A stretch of DNA of 64,000 nucleotides from Mobula hypostoma. Taxonomy: Eukaryota. Positions 1 to 11,914 of the stretch are shown here, piece by piece. The first letter of the stretch is position 1; the number at the start of each line of letters is the position of its first letter. Location of the stretch: NCBI RefSeq assembly GCF_963921235.1, contig NC_086097.1, positions 168,704,001 through 168,768,000 on the forward strand, given 5' to 3'. The position numbers were made by a program, and so were the translations under genes. A model generated the notes under the pieces. The model worked only from the letters and a program-made list of their open reading frames with translations, had not been told where the DNA came from and ran no database searches.

Positions 1-548
1 TTCTAGGGTGCATCACAACCTGGTATGGAAGTTGTCCTGTCCAAGACTGAAAGAAGCTGCAGAAGATCGTGAACATGGCGCAGCACATCACACAAACCAA
101 TCTTCCGTCCGTGGACTCACTTTACACCGCACGTTGTCGGAGCAGTGCTGCCAGGATAATCAAGGACACGACTCATCCAGCCAACACACTTTTCGTCGCT
201 CTTCCCTCCAGGAGAAGGCTCATGAGCTTGAAGACCCATACGGCCCTATTTGGGAACAGCTTCTTTCCAACTGTGATAAGACTGCTGAACGGATCCTGAC
301 CTGGATCTGGGCCATACCCTCCAAATATCCAGACCTGCCTCTCGGTTTTTTTGCACTACCTTACTTTCCATTTTTCTATTTTCTATTTATGATTTATGAT
401 TTAAATTTTTATATTTACTAATTTTTACTATTTTTAATATTTAATATTTGTAATCCAGGGAGCAGGTAGCACAGAATCAAATATCGCTGTGATGATTGTA
501 AGTTCTAGTATCAATTGTTTGGCAACAATAAAGTCTAAAGTATAAAGA
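1..548 (+). mobile_element. Rex1/Babar-type LINE 3' end
   Basis: IIKDTTHPANTLFVALPSRRR...NSFFPTVIRLLN is the typical Rex ORF2 C-terminus, followed by a 3' UTR, AATAAA and a short-repeat tail. Confidence 0.8.
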
Positions 549-1084
549 AATTAACTTTCATCTAAAAACATCAAATGGAATTCTTGTATTACAACACTAA
601 TAGTTTGAGAAAGATTTCCTAAAAAAAAAACTGGGTAAAGCATTGCCTGTTATCCACATGACTGGAATTGTACTTCCCAGATCTACACTGAAAGGCTCAG
701 TAAGGTTCATCTGATCAGATAGAGCGCTTACACACCACATTCAAACCTCCCTCGATATCAAACTAGGAGAGCCGTTCAACAATTCCCAATGGACAAATTC
801 CTCAGCTAAACCTACTTTGTCAGGTGGTGGGAAGGAAGGGAAATACCAGAGGCCACAAATATCCCACGGGACAAACAGCAAAAACCCACAGGGATGAACT
901 GTCCCTACAAGCCATGCTTTTTGAGCACCAAGTGCAAAGTCAGGGAGTGGAAACATGAAAAGGACAAATCAACGACTGAAAAGCATTATGAGAAAGGGGA
1001 TGACACAATGACAGCATTAGACGAACTATCAAAGCAGTTCAGCAGCGAGAGTAACCTGGAGACACAAGAGACTGAAAAAGTCAG

Positions 1085-1505
1085 TGGGTCAGGCGGTGAT
1101 GTCATGTTGTATCTGTTCAAAATATTGATAAAATCACACTTGGAGTATTGTGTACAGTTTTGGTCACCATACTACCGGAAGGTTGGATTAGCAATTGAGA
1201 GAGTGCAGAAGAGATTCACCAGGATATTGCCTGGACTAAAGGGCCGTGGTTACAAAAAGAGATTAGTTCTCCAGTCCTGATGAAGGGTCTCAGCCCAAAA
1301 CGTTGACTGTACTCTTTCCCATAGATGCTGCTGGGCCTGCTGAGTTCCTCCAGCATTTTGTGTGTGTTGTACAGGTATTTAGATAGAAAGGCATAAAGGG
1401 ATATAGGCTTTATATGAGCAAATTGTAGAAGCATAAATAGGCACAGTTGGCATGGATGCAATGGGCCAAATGACCCATTTTTGCACTAAATGATTCTATT
1501 ATCCT
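1085..1505 (+). mobile_element. CR1 3' fragment interrupted by a Penelope tail (about 1267-1370)
   Basis: HLEYCVQFWSPYYRK...IERVQKRFTRILPGL motif. Confidence 0.8.
1272..1309 (+). ncRNA. Degenerate minimal hammerhead ribozyme
   Basis: CAGTC-CTGATGA-A-GGG-TCTCAG-CCC-AAAA-C-GTT-GACTG; GAAA is mutated to AAAA. Confidence 0.65.
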
Positions 1506-2792
1506 ATGAAAACCTAATCTTTATGCTTACACTGGACTAACTCTTTAAAGCTTTTCTGCATGTACCCTTCAGGTCTCTGCTCTTAAGTGAGTCATGCAAA
1601 CTTTGTATAAACATCCAAAGATCTATTGCAGGATGGTTATTAATGGACCCAACCACCACCAATACAACAGGAACCTCACTTCAGTGAATAAAAGCAGAAA
1701 AGGCTGAAATACGCAGCAGGACAAGCAGCATCTAGTGAGAGACATACTCGTGTGGTGCACTGTGTTGTCACACAGATCTAGAGTGTTAGCCCAGCAACAC
1801 ATTCATATCTCTCAGAAATTCAAATTAAAGTAATTAATCTGGAGTAATAATCTAGTATCAGTAGGGTATGTCATGCAAGTACCGGACTGATGCAAAAACC
1901 CAAACAGTTCCCCGCTGTGTGAGAGAAACCTGGTGCCTTTATTTTGTCAGATCCGTGTGTGTCTGGCACCCTCACGCCCCCCCCCCCACCATTGAAGTGG
2001 CTCAGACGTCTGCTGTACTCAATAGATGGAGATGGACAAAAAAAAATGACAGCTCTGCTAGTGACATCTGCAACTCATGAATGAACAAGCAAAAAGCGAC
2101 TAGCTACAAGACTCTGGGAGAAAGCTGCCGCAGTGATGAGAGTTTCCACAGAGAACCAAGAATGACGATTTTACATTGAACCCAAAGCTCACCTCCCACA
2201 CTACACAAGTAGTAATAGATTCTCCAAGGAATAGTTCAGGGAATAATGGAGCGGCCTAATGTGTGCACGCCTGTGAGGTGCTGAGTTTGTAGACCTCCGC
2301 TGTGATAGCTTCCGGGACATTTAGCTCTCCCCTCATGGTTCACAATGATTCCATGTGCAGACATTGAGAACATAGCTGATCTGAAAACTGTTGAATTGTC
2401 AAATTTACACAGCATGGATGCAGACCCTTCAGTGCAACTGGCCCATGCCAACCTGATAAAGTTTAAGGGAATGGGGGATTCTCAAGATCCCTGTAAACCA
2501 TGAATGAAGTACTGACTATGTCTGTGACTGCAGTGTGTTTGAAAAATGTCTCACAGCTGCCTTCTTTGGAGCAAGATGATTAAAGTTCACTCAGATCCAC
2601 ATCAGATGTCTCTGGGCTTTTCACACCTTTTGATTTTGACAAACGGCAGTACCTGATGGAAATTAGACAGAACATTCCTTTCTTAATTAAAGCATAAATT
2701 TGACGGATATTCTTATCTTTGTAATTAAGTTGTGGCTCCAGCAAACCAGGTAGGACATTCTTTTCTTTAATTAAGGTGGCTGGAGTGTCTAA

Positions 2793-2923
2793 CAAATTGA
2801 TTGTACTTTTGTATCGATAGTCCATTGACTTGACCAGAATGGTTATCAAACTGATTGTTCTCTGTATCAAAAGTCCATTGACTTGATCGGAATGGTTATC
2901 AAACTGATTGTTCTTTTGTATCA
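2793..2923. repeat. About 2.4 copies of a 53-54 bp tandem unit
   Basis: Unit aaactgattgttcttttgtatcaaaagtccattgacttgatcggaatggttatc; tccattg recurs at 2821 and 2874, gattgt at 2799, 2853 and 2906. Confidence 0.85.
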
Positions 2924-3365
2924 GTGGCCTTATAACTTCTGACAATTCTGACATCGGGCAGTGAACTTGTAGAACCGCCGGGGAGATGAGAAAGGGTCTC
3001 TCCCTGATGTCGGGTCTAAGTTCACTCGCCGGCTGAGTTCGAAGAAATAAACAGGTGAAAAGATAAGTAACGATCTTTTTGTGCTGTCGCTATTTGATCC
3101 AGCAAAGTTACATTTACAAACCAAGATATCTATCTAGGCAAGTCCCATTTGCCCACATAAGCCTTTCCTACTCATGTACTTGTCGAAGTGCATGTTAAAT
3201 GTTGTCAATGCACCTACCCCAATTACTTCCTCTGGCAGCCTATTGCACAAACATACTGGGTGAAAATGTCTTCCCTCAGGTTCCTATTAAATCTCTCCCC
3301 TCTCAACTTAAACCTATGTTCTTTAGTTCTTGACTCCCAACGCTGGGTGCATTCACACCATCAAG

Positions 3366-4365
3366 GAATTGAATTGAAGTGAAGTGAATTTATTTAAATC
3401 TTACATCCATCCCACAATATGACAGAGTAAAAATATTTGCGTTATGACTCTGTCACAATGTACAACATGTGAATTTATAAGTCTATTGGCTTGTAGAAAG
3501 AAGCTGTCCCTTAGTCTGTTGGTCCTGGCTTTAATGCTGTGGAAGCATTTGTCAGACAGAAGCAGCTGAAACAGTTTATGGTTGGGGTTACTGGTGTCCC
3601 TGCAGGTCTACCAGGCCTTCTTAATGCACCTGCTGCTGTAGATGTCCTAAATGGAGGGACACTCACACCCACAGATGCGCTCGGCTGTCCGTACCACTCT
3701 CTTCAGTGCCTAGCAATCAAGGTTGGCGCAGTTCCCATACCAGGCAGTGATACAGCCAGTCAGGATTCTACAGCCCCTGTAGAAGATCTTCAGGATTTGG
3801 GGGCTCATGCCGAACTTCTTCAGTCGCCTGAGGTGGAAGAGATGCTGCTGTGCTTTATTTGCCACACAGTTGATGTGTACAGTCCAGGTGAGATCTTCAG
3901 TGATGAGTATACTGAGGAACTGGAAACTACTCACCCTCTCAACTGCAGACCTACTGATATTGATCAGACCGAGCCCATCTCTGTCCTGTAATCCACAATC
4001 AGCTCTTTTTGATTTTTGGACATTGAGGGAGAGGTTGTTATCGTGGTACCACTGTGTCAGGGTGTCAACCTTTCCTCTGTAGGCTGTCTCATCACTGCTA
4101 GAAATAAGGCCAATCAAAGTCATTTCATTTGCAAATTTGATCAGCAGATTGGAACTGTGTGTGGCAGCACAGTTGTGGGTGTAAAGGGAGTAGAGGAGGG
4201 GACTCAGGACACAACCCTGGGGGTCACCTGTGTTGAGAGTCAGAGGATTCAGAGGAGCAGAAGCAAAGGAGCCCATCCTTACCTCCTGTCGGCGATCCGA
4301 TAGGAAGTCCAGGATCCAGCTGCACAAGGCGGGGTGCAGGCCAAAGTCTCTGACCTTCCTGTCAG
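3366..4365 (-). mobile_element. 5'-truncated Rex1/Babar LINE inserted in a CR1 3' fragment
   Basis: WILDFLSDRRQ...PQGCVLSPLLYSLYTH...QHLFHLRRLKKF; short-repeat tail at 3366. CR1 tail sequence flanks it on both sides (about 3120-3365 and 4380-4700). Confidence 0.85.
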
Positions 4366-5816
4366 GTCTGGAGGGAATTTAAATCCCTCTGAAAGTTCAT
4401 CTCTCACTCTCCTAAACTTCAAAGAGTAAAATTCCACCCTCTTCAACCTCTCTCCATAACTCAATCCCTAAACTCCTAGCAATATCCTCGTAAATCTCTT
4501 CTGCACTCTCTTCAGTTTAGTGGCATCTTTCATAAAGCAGGGTGACCAAAACTGAACATGATACAGTATTCTAAATGCAGCCTCACTAATATACTGTATA
4601 ACTGCAACACAATATCTCAACTTTAATATTCAGTACCCTGACCGAAGGTCAATGGGTCAAAAGGCTTCTTCACTCTCTGGTCTACCTGCAACACCAATAC
4701 ACCATAGCTGGTGTAAACTCAACACTACTTAGTTGAGAAACTAAATCAGCATGGACCAGCAATTGATCCAGGCCCTATTAGCACGTTATTCCAAGAAGAA
4801 AGATTGGTAACATATCAAAAAAAGGGATATGATGAAATCAAACAATGTCCAGTCTGAACAGTTTACAGTCCACAGGCTACAGACTTCAAAACATCCCAGA
4901 CATGATTTTCACAACTAATTTCTTTAACAACAGTAAAATCATTTGCAATTTAAGCTACCACATTACCAATTATAAGACTAAGCAACTTTATACAATTTTT
5001 TCATTAAAAGGAATCAATACCTCAAACATTCCCTATGAAAAGGAACTTCTGCATGAACAGATTTCTCCACAACCACCCCAGGATCAGTTTAAACATTGCA
5101 AAAAAGGAGTGTCAAAATTCCTTCATAATTTTAAAAGATCCAACCTTCTCTGCCATAGTGACAACACCCTATGTGCCTTGAGCCTCTCTTCAGAGTAGTA
5201 GGTTTTATTTTCTCTCCAACAACATCTTGAATCTAGGACTTTAATGTTCTTCCTACAATGCTGAACCAGCTCTTAAACTTCAACTCAAATTAACTTCAAT
5301 GTAGCTCATTACTTTGTACAATTTTACTATTCTACAAGTTCTATTGTACACTTCAAAAAAAATAAGATAACACATTTTGGTGCTTTGGCTTTAACTCTCA
5401 GCATTTGTGTTTTCAGGAAGTTATGCAACCTTTCTGCTCTTCACAAACCTTAGTGATTTTCAATTGGATGAATTGTCACATTTTTGTTTTCTTCAAAAAT
5501 TGTCTTTATTATGCACACTAAGTTGCTTTTGCCACAGGTTTGCCCATTCAGCACTTATTTACTTTGTGGCAAGGATCAGGAATGTTAGCGGTCAATACGG
5601 TTTTGAGTGGTCATGTAGAGTTGCACCATTCCTGAGGTCGGTTGATCCCAGTATCAGCTTCCTACCTGACCCCAAACCAAGCCATAATTAGAGCAGGCAG
5701 CCAGTGTCTGTTTCCCAAGGTTGAAATGTCTAATACTAGAGGCATTTAAGGTGAGAGGGGTTAAGTTCAAGGTGAGAGGAGGGATGTGTAGGGAGATTGA
5801 AGTATAGAGTGAAATG

Positions 5817-6707
5817 CACTACCAAGCACATCATTCCCAAATTCCACTTTCCACAGGGATCATCCCCTACCCAACACCCTTGTCCATTTGCTCTCTCCAC
5901 TGATCTCCCTCCTAGCACTTATCCTTGCAAGCGAAACAAGTACCATACCTGTCCTTACAGCATTCAGAGCTCCAAACAGTCCTCCCAGGAGAGGTGATAC
6001 TTCACCTGAGTCTGTTGGGGTCAACTACTGTATCTGATGCTCTTGGTGTGACCTCCTGTATATCAGCAAGACCTGACGTAGATTGGGAGACTGCTTCACC
6101 GAGCACTTATGCTCTATCCACTAAAAAAAGCAGGATCTCCTGGTGGCCACCCATTTCAATTCTACTTCCCATTCAGACATATTTACTGCTGCGATGAGGC
6201 CACACTCAAGTTGAAGGAGCAACACCTTATATTCAGACTGGGTAGCCTCCAATCTGATGGCATGAACAACAATTTCTAAAACTTCTGGTAATTGCCCACC
6301 CCCCCCTTCACAATTCCCCTATTCCTGTTTCCCCCTCTCACCTCATCTCCTTACCTGCCCATCACCTCCCTCTGGTGCTCCTCCCCCTTCCCTTTCTTCC
6401 ATGGTCTTCTACCCTCTGTCAGATTCCCCCTACTCCAGTCCTATATATCTTTCACCAATCAACTTCCCAGCCCTTTACTTCACCCTCTCCTCTCTGTTTC
6501 ACCTATCACCTACCACTTTGTACTTCTTCCTCCCCTCCCCCCCCCCACTGTCTTGCTCTAAGTTCTCATCTTTTTTCCCCAGTCCTGATGAAGAGTCTCA
6601 GCCCAAAAGTCAACTGCTTACTCTTTTCCATAGATGCTGCCTGGCCTGCTGAGTTCATCCAGCATTTTGTGTGTTGCTTGGGTTTCCAGCATCTGCAGAT
6701 TTTCTCA
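5817..6707 (+). mobile_element. Degenerate Penelope-like element (GIY-YIG, pyrimidine tract, hammerhead tail)
   Basis: TYPCKRNKYHTCPY, homologous to 31854-32306; degenerate hammerhead motif at about 6580-6616. Confidence 0.85.
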
Positions 6708-7019
6708 TCCTCCAAGTTTCCAAACTAGTTTACTACTCATTTAAATGTCAACTTACTTCCAAAATAAGGACTGGTTCTATGGTTCACAGTACCACTGGAG
6801 AACCCCTCAAAATATTATCCCATTTAATAAATAGTATAAACAAGCTTACAGAATAGTAAATTTATATAAAGGAATGAGCTACAATAAAGTTCACTGAGTT
6901 TCGGTTTTAGAGCTGGCTCACCATTGTAATGAGAACATCAAGGTCTTACATTCACCAGGGTGGTACTGGAGATGACATTAAATCCTATACAAGTCATTGT
7001 TACAACTTTCAAGTTGACC

Positions 7020-7500
7020 CTACAACAATGAACTCCAGGTCATCCACAATTCTGACACTTAAATTCTTCCCATTCACTGAATAAGCTTAATTGTCCAGTT
7101 TTAAATTCTTATTGTTCAACTTCTTCTCAAGCTCTCCCTCCACCATCTCTGTAACTTCCTTTACTCTACTGAATCGAGTTTATGACTGTTTAGAAGGAAA
7201 GTTGGTAACACTTGTTTTCTGGAAGGCACCATGTTAAAATTTTCAACCAGTATGCAAGTCACTTCTCACCCTTCCACATCTCCTCTTTCAGCCAAGCAGA
7301 CTTGAAAGAGTTCCTCTAATTCTTGACTTGTGCAGCCTGTTTTTGCTTTACCCAATGTTGGTGACCGTGCATTAAGGAATCCAGTGTTCAATCTCTGGCA
7401 TTCCCTTCCTACAGAATTCAGTGTTTCTACACCTCTCTTTTTTGCTTTGAGACTTCAACTCCAATCCTTCATCAAGATTTTAGGGATTTTGGTTGTTAAC
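7020..7500 (+). mobile_element. Old L2 3' remnant
   Basis: VGDRALRNPVFNLWHSLP resembles the L2 terminal G-RAF--APxLWNSLP motif. Confidence 0.55.
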
Positions 7501-8399
7501 TTTTGTCTAATCTAATCTCCAAGATGCAATTTCCTTAGTCATTTTGCATCTTCAACTAAGCATTCAAAACAGCTGAGCAAATGTCCAGTAGGATATCCAT
7601 ACTACACCAAACAGACATCAGGCACAGGCAGGCTTAAGTGGCCTTCAGGAGGTACAAATCTTCAAAAGCAACATGGAGGATTTAAAAATACCTTCAATTC
7701 AGGATGGCATAATCTTACAGTTGCCACAATTTAACAACTGTACTGACGTGCGCATTCGGGGGTTTAAAAAAAGGAAGTTATTTTGTTATAAATCTAGCAG
7801 AGTAGTTCTCAGGTATATCAGCAAAACTAATCATCAGAAATATGATCACAGTCACTGAATCAATAACCAAAACACATCTTATCTGGCATTGTTCTTGGGA
7901 GTCAGCAGGTATGTTCAGTTTTACCAAAGTTTTAAAAAGTCCCAAGTATTTTCTCTCAAAGGGAGTGAAGGAAAATAAATTCAATAGCTAGTCAGCTCAG
8001 GCTATTCTTACACTTTTAATTCAGCACAGTTCCAGTAAACAAGCCCTAGGAAGCTCTTGGCAAGTCTGTCTCACTCCCTAAGAAATAACACAAGAGCAAA
8101 ACAAGAGGTCTTCATACTTCATGTCTCTCATTAAAACACTTAGAGGTGATTTTACAAGTCTGGCTAGTGGATACAGCTGACATCAACATCAAAAACTCAA
8201 CCAAGTGTCTCATATTTTGTTTGTTAAATTGAGTATGTCAGAAATTATAGATGTTGCAGTTTCCCCAGATTGCATCACCAGGCAAAGCCAATTGCCATCA
8301 CTGCAAACACAGAATATTACCCAGCCCAAAATATTTCAAATTCTACAGCAGGGTGTGGCACAAACTCGATGTTTTTTTTATAAAAAGATTTTCCAGAAG

Positions 8400-8592
8400 A
8401 TTTCTGCATTTCTGGATTAAAAAAAGTACCTCAAATACCTGGATATTTCTAATGAGCATTATGAGACCTTGCTGTGGACACAACTGATAGCTATGTCCTC
8501 TGTAAAATAACTACGTTTCAAGAAAGGAACTCATCAGCTGCAAGTGCCCAGACGATGAAGGAAAGTTACTATACCAATGCAAAATTATTTTC
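8400..8592 (+). mobile_element. Old DeuSINE/L2-tailed SINE remnant
   Basis: Tail ...gagaccttgctgtg...aactcatcagctgcaagtgc...ctataccaatgcaaaatt resembles the shark SacSINE1-type 3' end. Confidence 0.45.
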
Positions 8593-8866
8593 CTCTGATT
8601 CTTCAGAGAGCATTAGTAGACCTGAATTAAATTATCACGATTGAGTACAAAAACACAGGAATCTAACTCTAGTTTGCTCCTACTCACAGACAGGCAAAGT
8701 GAGCTACCCGAAACAAAAGGCACATTTTACAAGTTTCAGGACTCAGTTGGTACAAAGCTGCTACTATGAGAACACAACACATATACCAGATTGCACCAGA
8801 ACATGCTAATACTTGGTTAGGTGATACAAATCCAACCCAATATTTATGGACAAAAGTCACAGTCAC

Positions 8867-8922
8867 CTCTGAGACATATCCAAAACCATCAGGTAAAGTC
8901 ACTTTACAGAATAATAATTTAC
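8867..8922 (-). CDS. SPIRE1: Candidate SPIRE1 exon 2
   Basis: Acceptor ctctctcctttccagcag|, 56 nt, phase 1 to 0. Joined to exon 1 it reads (G)KLLFCKVTLPDGFGYVSE and ends GAG|GTGACT. It starts GKL and ends E like the recalled human exon 2 (GKLGYSQCMETE), but the donor is weak. Confidence 0.35.
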
Positions 8923-10330
8923 CTGCTGGAAAGGAGAGAGATGATAGATTGTTATCTATTCAGATGGTAATGGAAGACAAGTATTTCTGCAGCACCTTTC
9001 AGAAAGCCGCAAAATGTTTCATAGCCAAAGATGCACCCCTGGAGTTCAGTCACTATTGAAATATTGGACACATGGCTGCAAACTTATACACATCACGCTC
9101 CAGCAAGAAGAGAAACACGACAGGGTCGAATATGTTAGAAGAGTGATTAACAGTTGTATTGACATTGGGGTAAGTCCCAAGATATTCTTCAAATATTAAT
9201 GCAAAATGCTCCAAGTCCATGCAAAAGAGCAGATTGGTCCTCAAGCAGAACTTTTGACAGTATGGGATCTGGAACGACAAGACGACTTCCAGCCTGCAAG
9301 CATTAACCAGCCAGGTTTCATACAGATAGAGAACAAACAGATTGAAGGATGGTGAGGGTGGCAAAGTTGGTGGGAGGAGAAATGGTTGTTTGGGTGATAC
9401 AACAACAATAGGCTAAATTGACCCTCACAATAATAGACTACATTGACACCCTCACAACATAGTCTTGGCTCAGCTTCTTGATGGGTAACAAATGCTGACC
9501 AGCCTGTGAATGGAATAAAAACCAACAAAACATGGGCTGGAAGTACTTCTTCCCACTTAGTGGCCCACTGTCAGTAACACTGTTAACTAACTAAGCCAAA
9601 TACTAATTTTATTAAAAGGAAATTCCAGTGTTTCAAGGGTGTCCTAATGCCGAATTCTGTCCCTTCTCGCCAGGAAATTGAATGGCTTTGTCCATAATAC
9701 GCAAGGGATGTCGTTATCTGGAAGGATAGCTGATTAATCTGTCGATCGCCCCCCCCCCCATGAAATGAAACGTGTGTTTGTAAATTAACACACACACTGT
9801 ACCGTTCTCGCCCCTCTCACGTTAACTTATTTTGCTGTTTTACTGATAATCTAGGTGTTAGATTGAAGCTGACTGCCTGCCTGCCTCTAGACTCTCCCCC
9901 AGGCCTATTTATTCCGAGTTGTTTATCCTTTGAGCCGCTTTCACCCTCAAAAGGAATACGTGTCTGCATTTGTTTTAAATTTCATCTACCTCGCCCAGCT
10001 AGACACCCTGTCAAAATTTCGGAAGCCTCTCCTCACTGACAGCCTCGCTTTTCAAAACCTTGTCTTCTCTACCTTTTAAACATTTGCAATTGATTGCAGA
10101 AACGCCGTCAATCACTCGCCAATTAGAACGTGTAGTGAGAGTGTGCAGAATCATTGCAAAGGTGATCCTAACTTGCAACATTTCTGTCGTGATTGTTTTT
10201 AAATCCAGTCTTATTGCGGCTCCCGGGAATGATTTATTAATGTATTACCACACAGCGGTGTATAATGGGTTGTTTGTGTCAACGCGCTGCCCTCTGTCAG
10301 TCAATCTGTTTTTGTCTCGGTCTCTCTATG

Positions 10331-10351
10331 ATTATTATTATTATTATTATT
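10331..10351. repeat. (ATT)7 microsatellite
   Basis: Direct reading; lies about 20 nt into SPIRE1 intron 1. Confidence 0.9.
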
Positions 10352-10369
10352 GCGGGGGTTATTTCCTAC

Positions 10370-10637
10370 CTGAATCGGTGCGGATGCTGATGTTGCCGTC
10401 TCGGTGCAGAAGTACAGCGCTGGCCCCGTTCAGCCTGCCCCAGAACCGGTGGCCCTGAGCGTTCGGTGCGTCGGCGGGGGGCTGCCGGTGCCTCCGGAGG
10501 GTGCAGCAGCACTGGTAACAGACGGCCCACGCCTGCTCCTCGTTCAGCGGCTGGTTATATAGCCGGAGGATCTGCTCCAGCGATAGCTCCTGCGGCTCGG
10601 GTTCGGCCGCTGGGCTCTCTTCTCCTCGCTCCGCCAT
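10370..10637 (-). CDS. SPIRE1: SPIRE1 first coding exon (N-terminus and start of KIND domain)
   Basis: ATG at 10637 gives [44 protein letters not shown]..., matching the Spire KIND motif [27 protein letters not shown]. The exon ends at a phase-1 donor CAG|GTAGGA (10370/10369). Adjacency to CEP76 favours SPIRE1 over SPIRE2. Confidence 0.93.
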
Positions 10638-10905
10638 CTCGCTGCAGCAGCGTGTCCGAAGGGCGACTGGAACCACCGGATCCAAGGCTAAATCATCCGG
10701 AGGAATAAAACCAAAAGCATCTTCTCCGGCCGCGCCATCAGCATCACCGCCACGCTGCCATATCCTCTCCCTCTCATAGACGCTCCAGCCTCTTTCAGCG
10801 GTTTCTTATTGAATCCAATCATATGACTCGTTCCTCATTGCTGGGAGAGAGCCAGTTCCTGCTACATGGTCCAAACGCCCGTCTGCTTTGCTGCGTTGCG
10901 TCATT
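10375..10905 (-). promoter_or_regulatory. CpG island / SPIRE1 promoter and 5' UTR
   Basis: Locally GC- and CpG-rich in a CpG-depleted window, spanning the first exon. CCAAT at 10815-10819. Confidence 0.75.
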
Positions 10906-11129
10906 TGCTACATTCTTTATGTCACGTTACAATTCTGTCTAGATTTGCAATATTCACCCAAAATGAGTTGTTATATTATCTAACTGGGATACACAAGGAT
11001 AACCTCTGCTTTGCATCTTTTGCTGCATTTATCATTTCTAACACCGTTTTCACTGCTTTGCATCATTTATTGTATTATTTCATCAGTCACTTATAAATTG
11101 CACCTCAGTGGGTGGAACATATTTTTTTT

Positions 11130-11910
11130 TGTAATTTCAAGTCCCATTCCTGAAAAATTGGTAAAGAGTCAATGGGAACATGCCAGATTTCTTTAGCCTC
11201 CTGAGGAAGATGAAGTGTTGGTGAGCTTTCTTGGTCATGATATCAACATAGTTGGACCGGGACAGGCCGTTGGTGATGTTCAAGGAACTTGAAGCTTTCA
11301 ACTTCAACAGCAGTGATATAGACAGCATCATTGCACCTGAAGTCAATGACCAGCTCTTTTGTTGACAATGAGGGGAAGGTTGTTGTCATGACAACATGTC
11401 ACTAAACTTTCTATCTCCTTCCTTGTACTTCAATTTATCATTATTTGAGATGCTACAAATTTATGAGACATTGATAAATTAGATTGTCAGAATCTTTTCC
11501 CCCATAGTAGGGATACCAAAACAAGAGGGCATAGGTTTAACAGGAAAGGAACAAATTTTAAAGGTGATTCCAGGGTAAAGTTTTTTTTTGACACAGAGTG
11601 GTTGATATCTGGAACTCGCAGCTAGAAGAGGTTCTGGAGTTACATATAATGATTGGATCCATTTCAATTAGCCTACCATCACAACAGGTCCCCAGCAGAT
11701 GCCGTTTCACTGGCTCTTCAATCTACCTTGGAAAATCTGTACATTGAAGATGCATAAATCAGGATGTTCTCCATTGACTACAGCTCTACAATCAACATTA
11801 TCTTTCCTTCAAAACTAATCAATAAGCTCCAAGACCTTGGCCTCAATATCTCCTTGTACAACTGGATTCTCAATTTCCTTGTTAACAGATCCCAGTCAGT
11901 TTGGATTGGT
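11130..11910. mobile_element. Cluster of Rex (minus 11130-11450, plus 11680-11910) and CR1 (plus about 11450-11640) fragments
   Basis: KKAHQHFIFLRRLKK and IDYSSTINII..KLQDLG..NWILNFL motifs. Confidence 0.7.
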
Positions 11911-11914
11911 CATA

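Noticed and set aside
894..1280. 128-aa ORF
   Set aside because: Chimera of unidentified sequence and a CR1 fragment; no splice or family support.
10638..10685. N-terminal extension of SPIRE1 shown in the ORF track
   Set aside because: It starts at TTG; the ATG at 10637 in good context (GAGATGG) is the likelier start.
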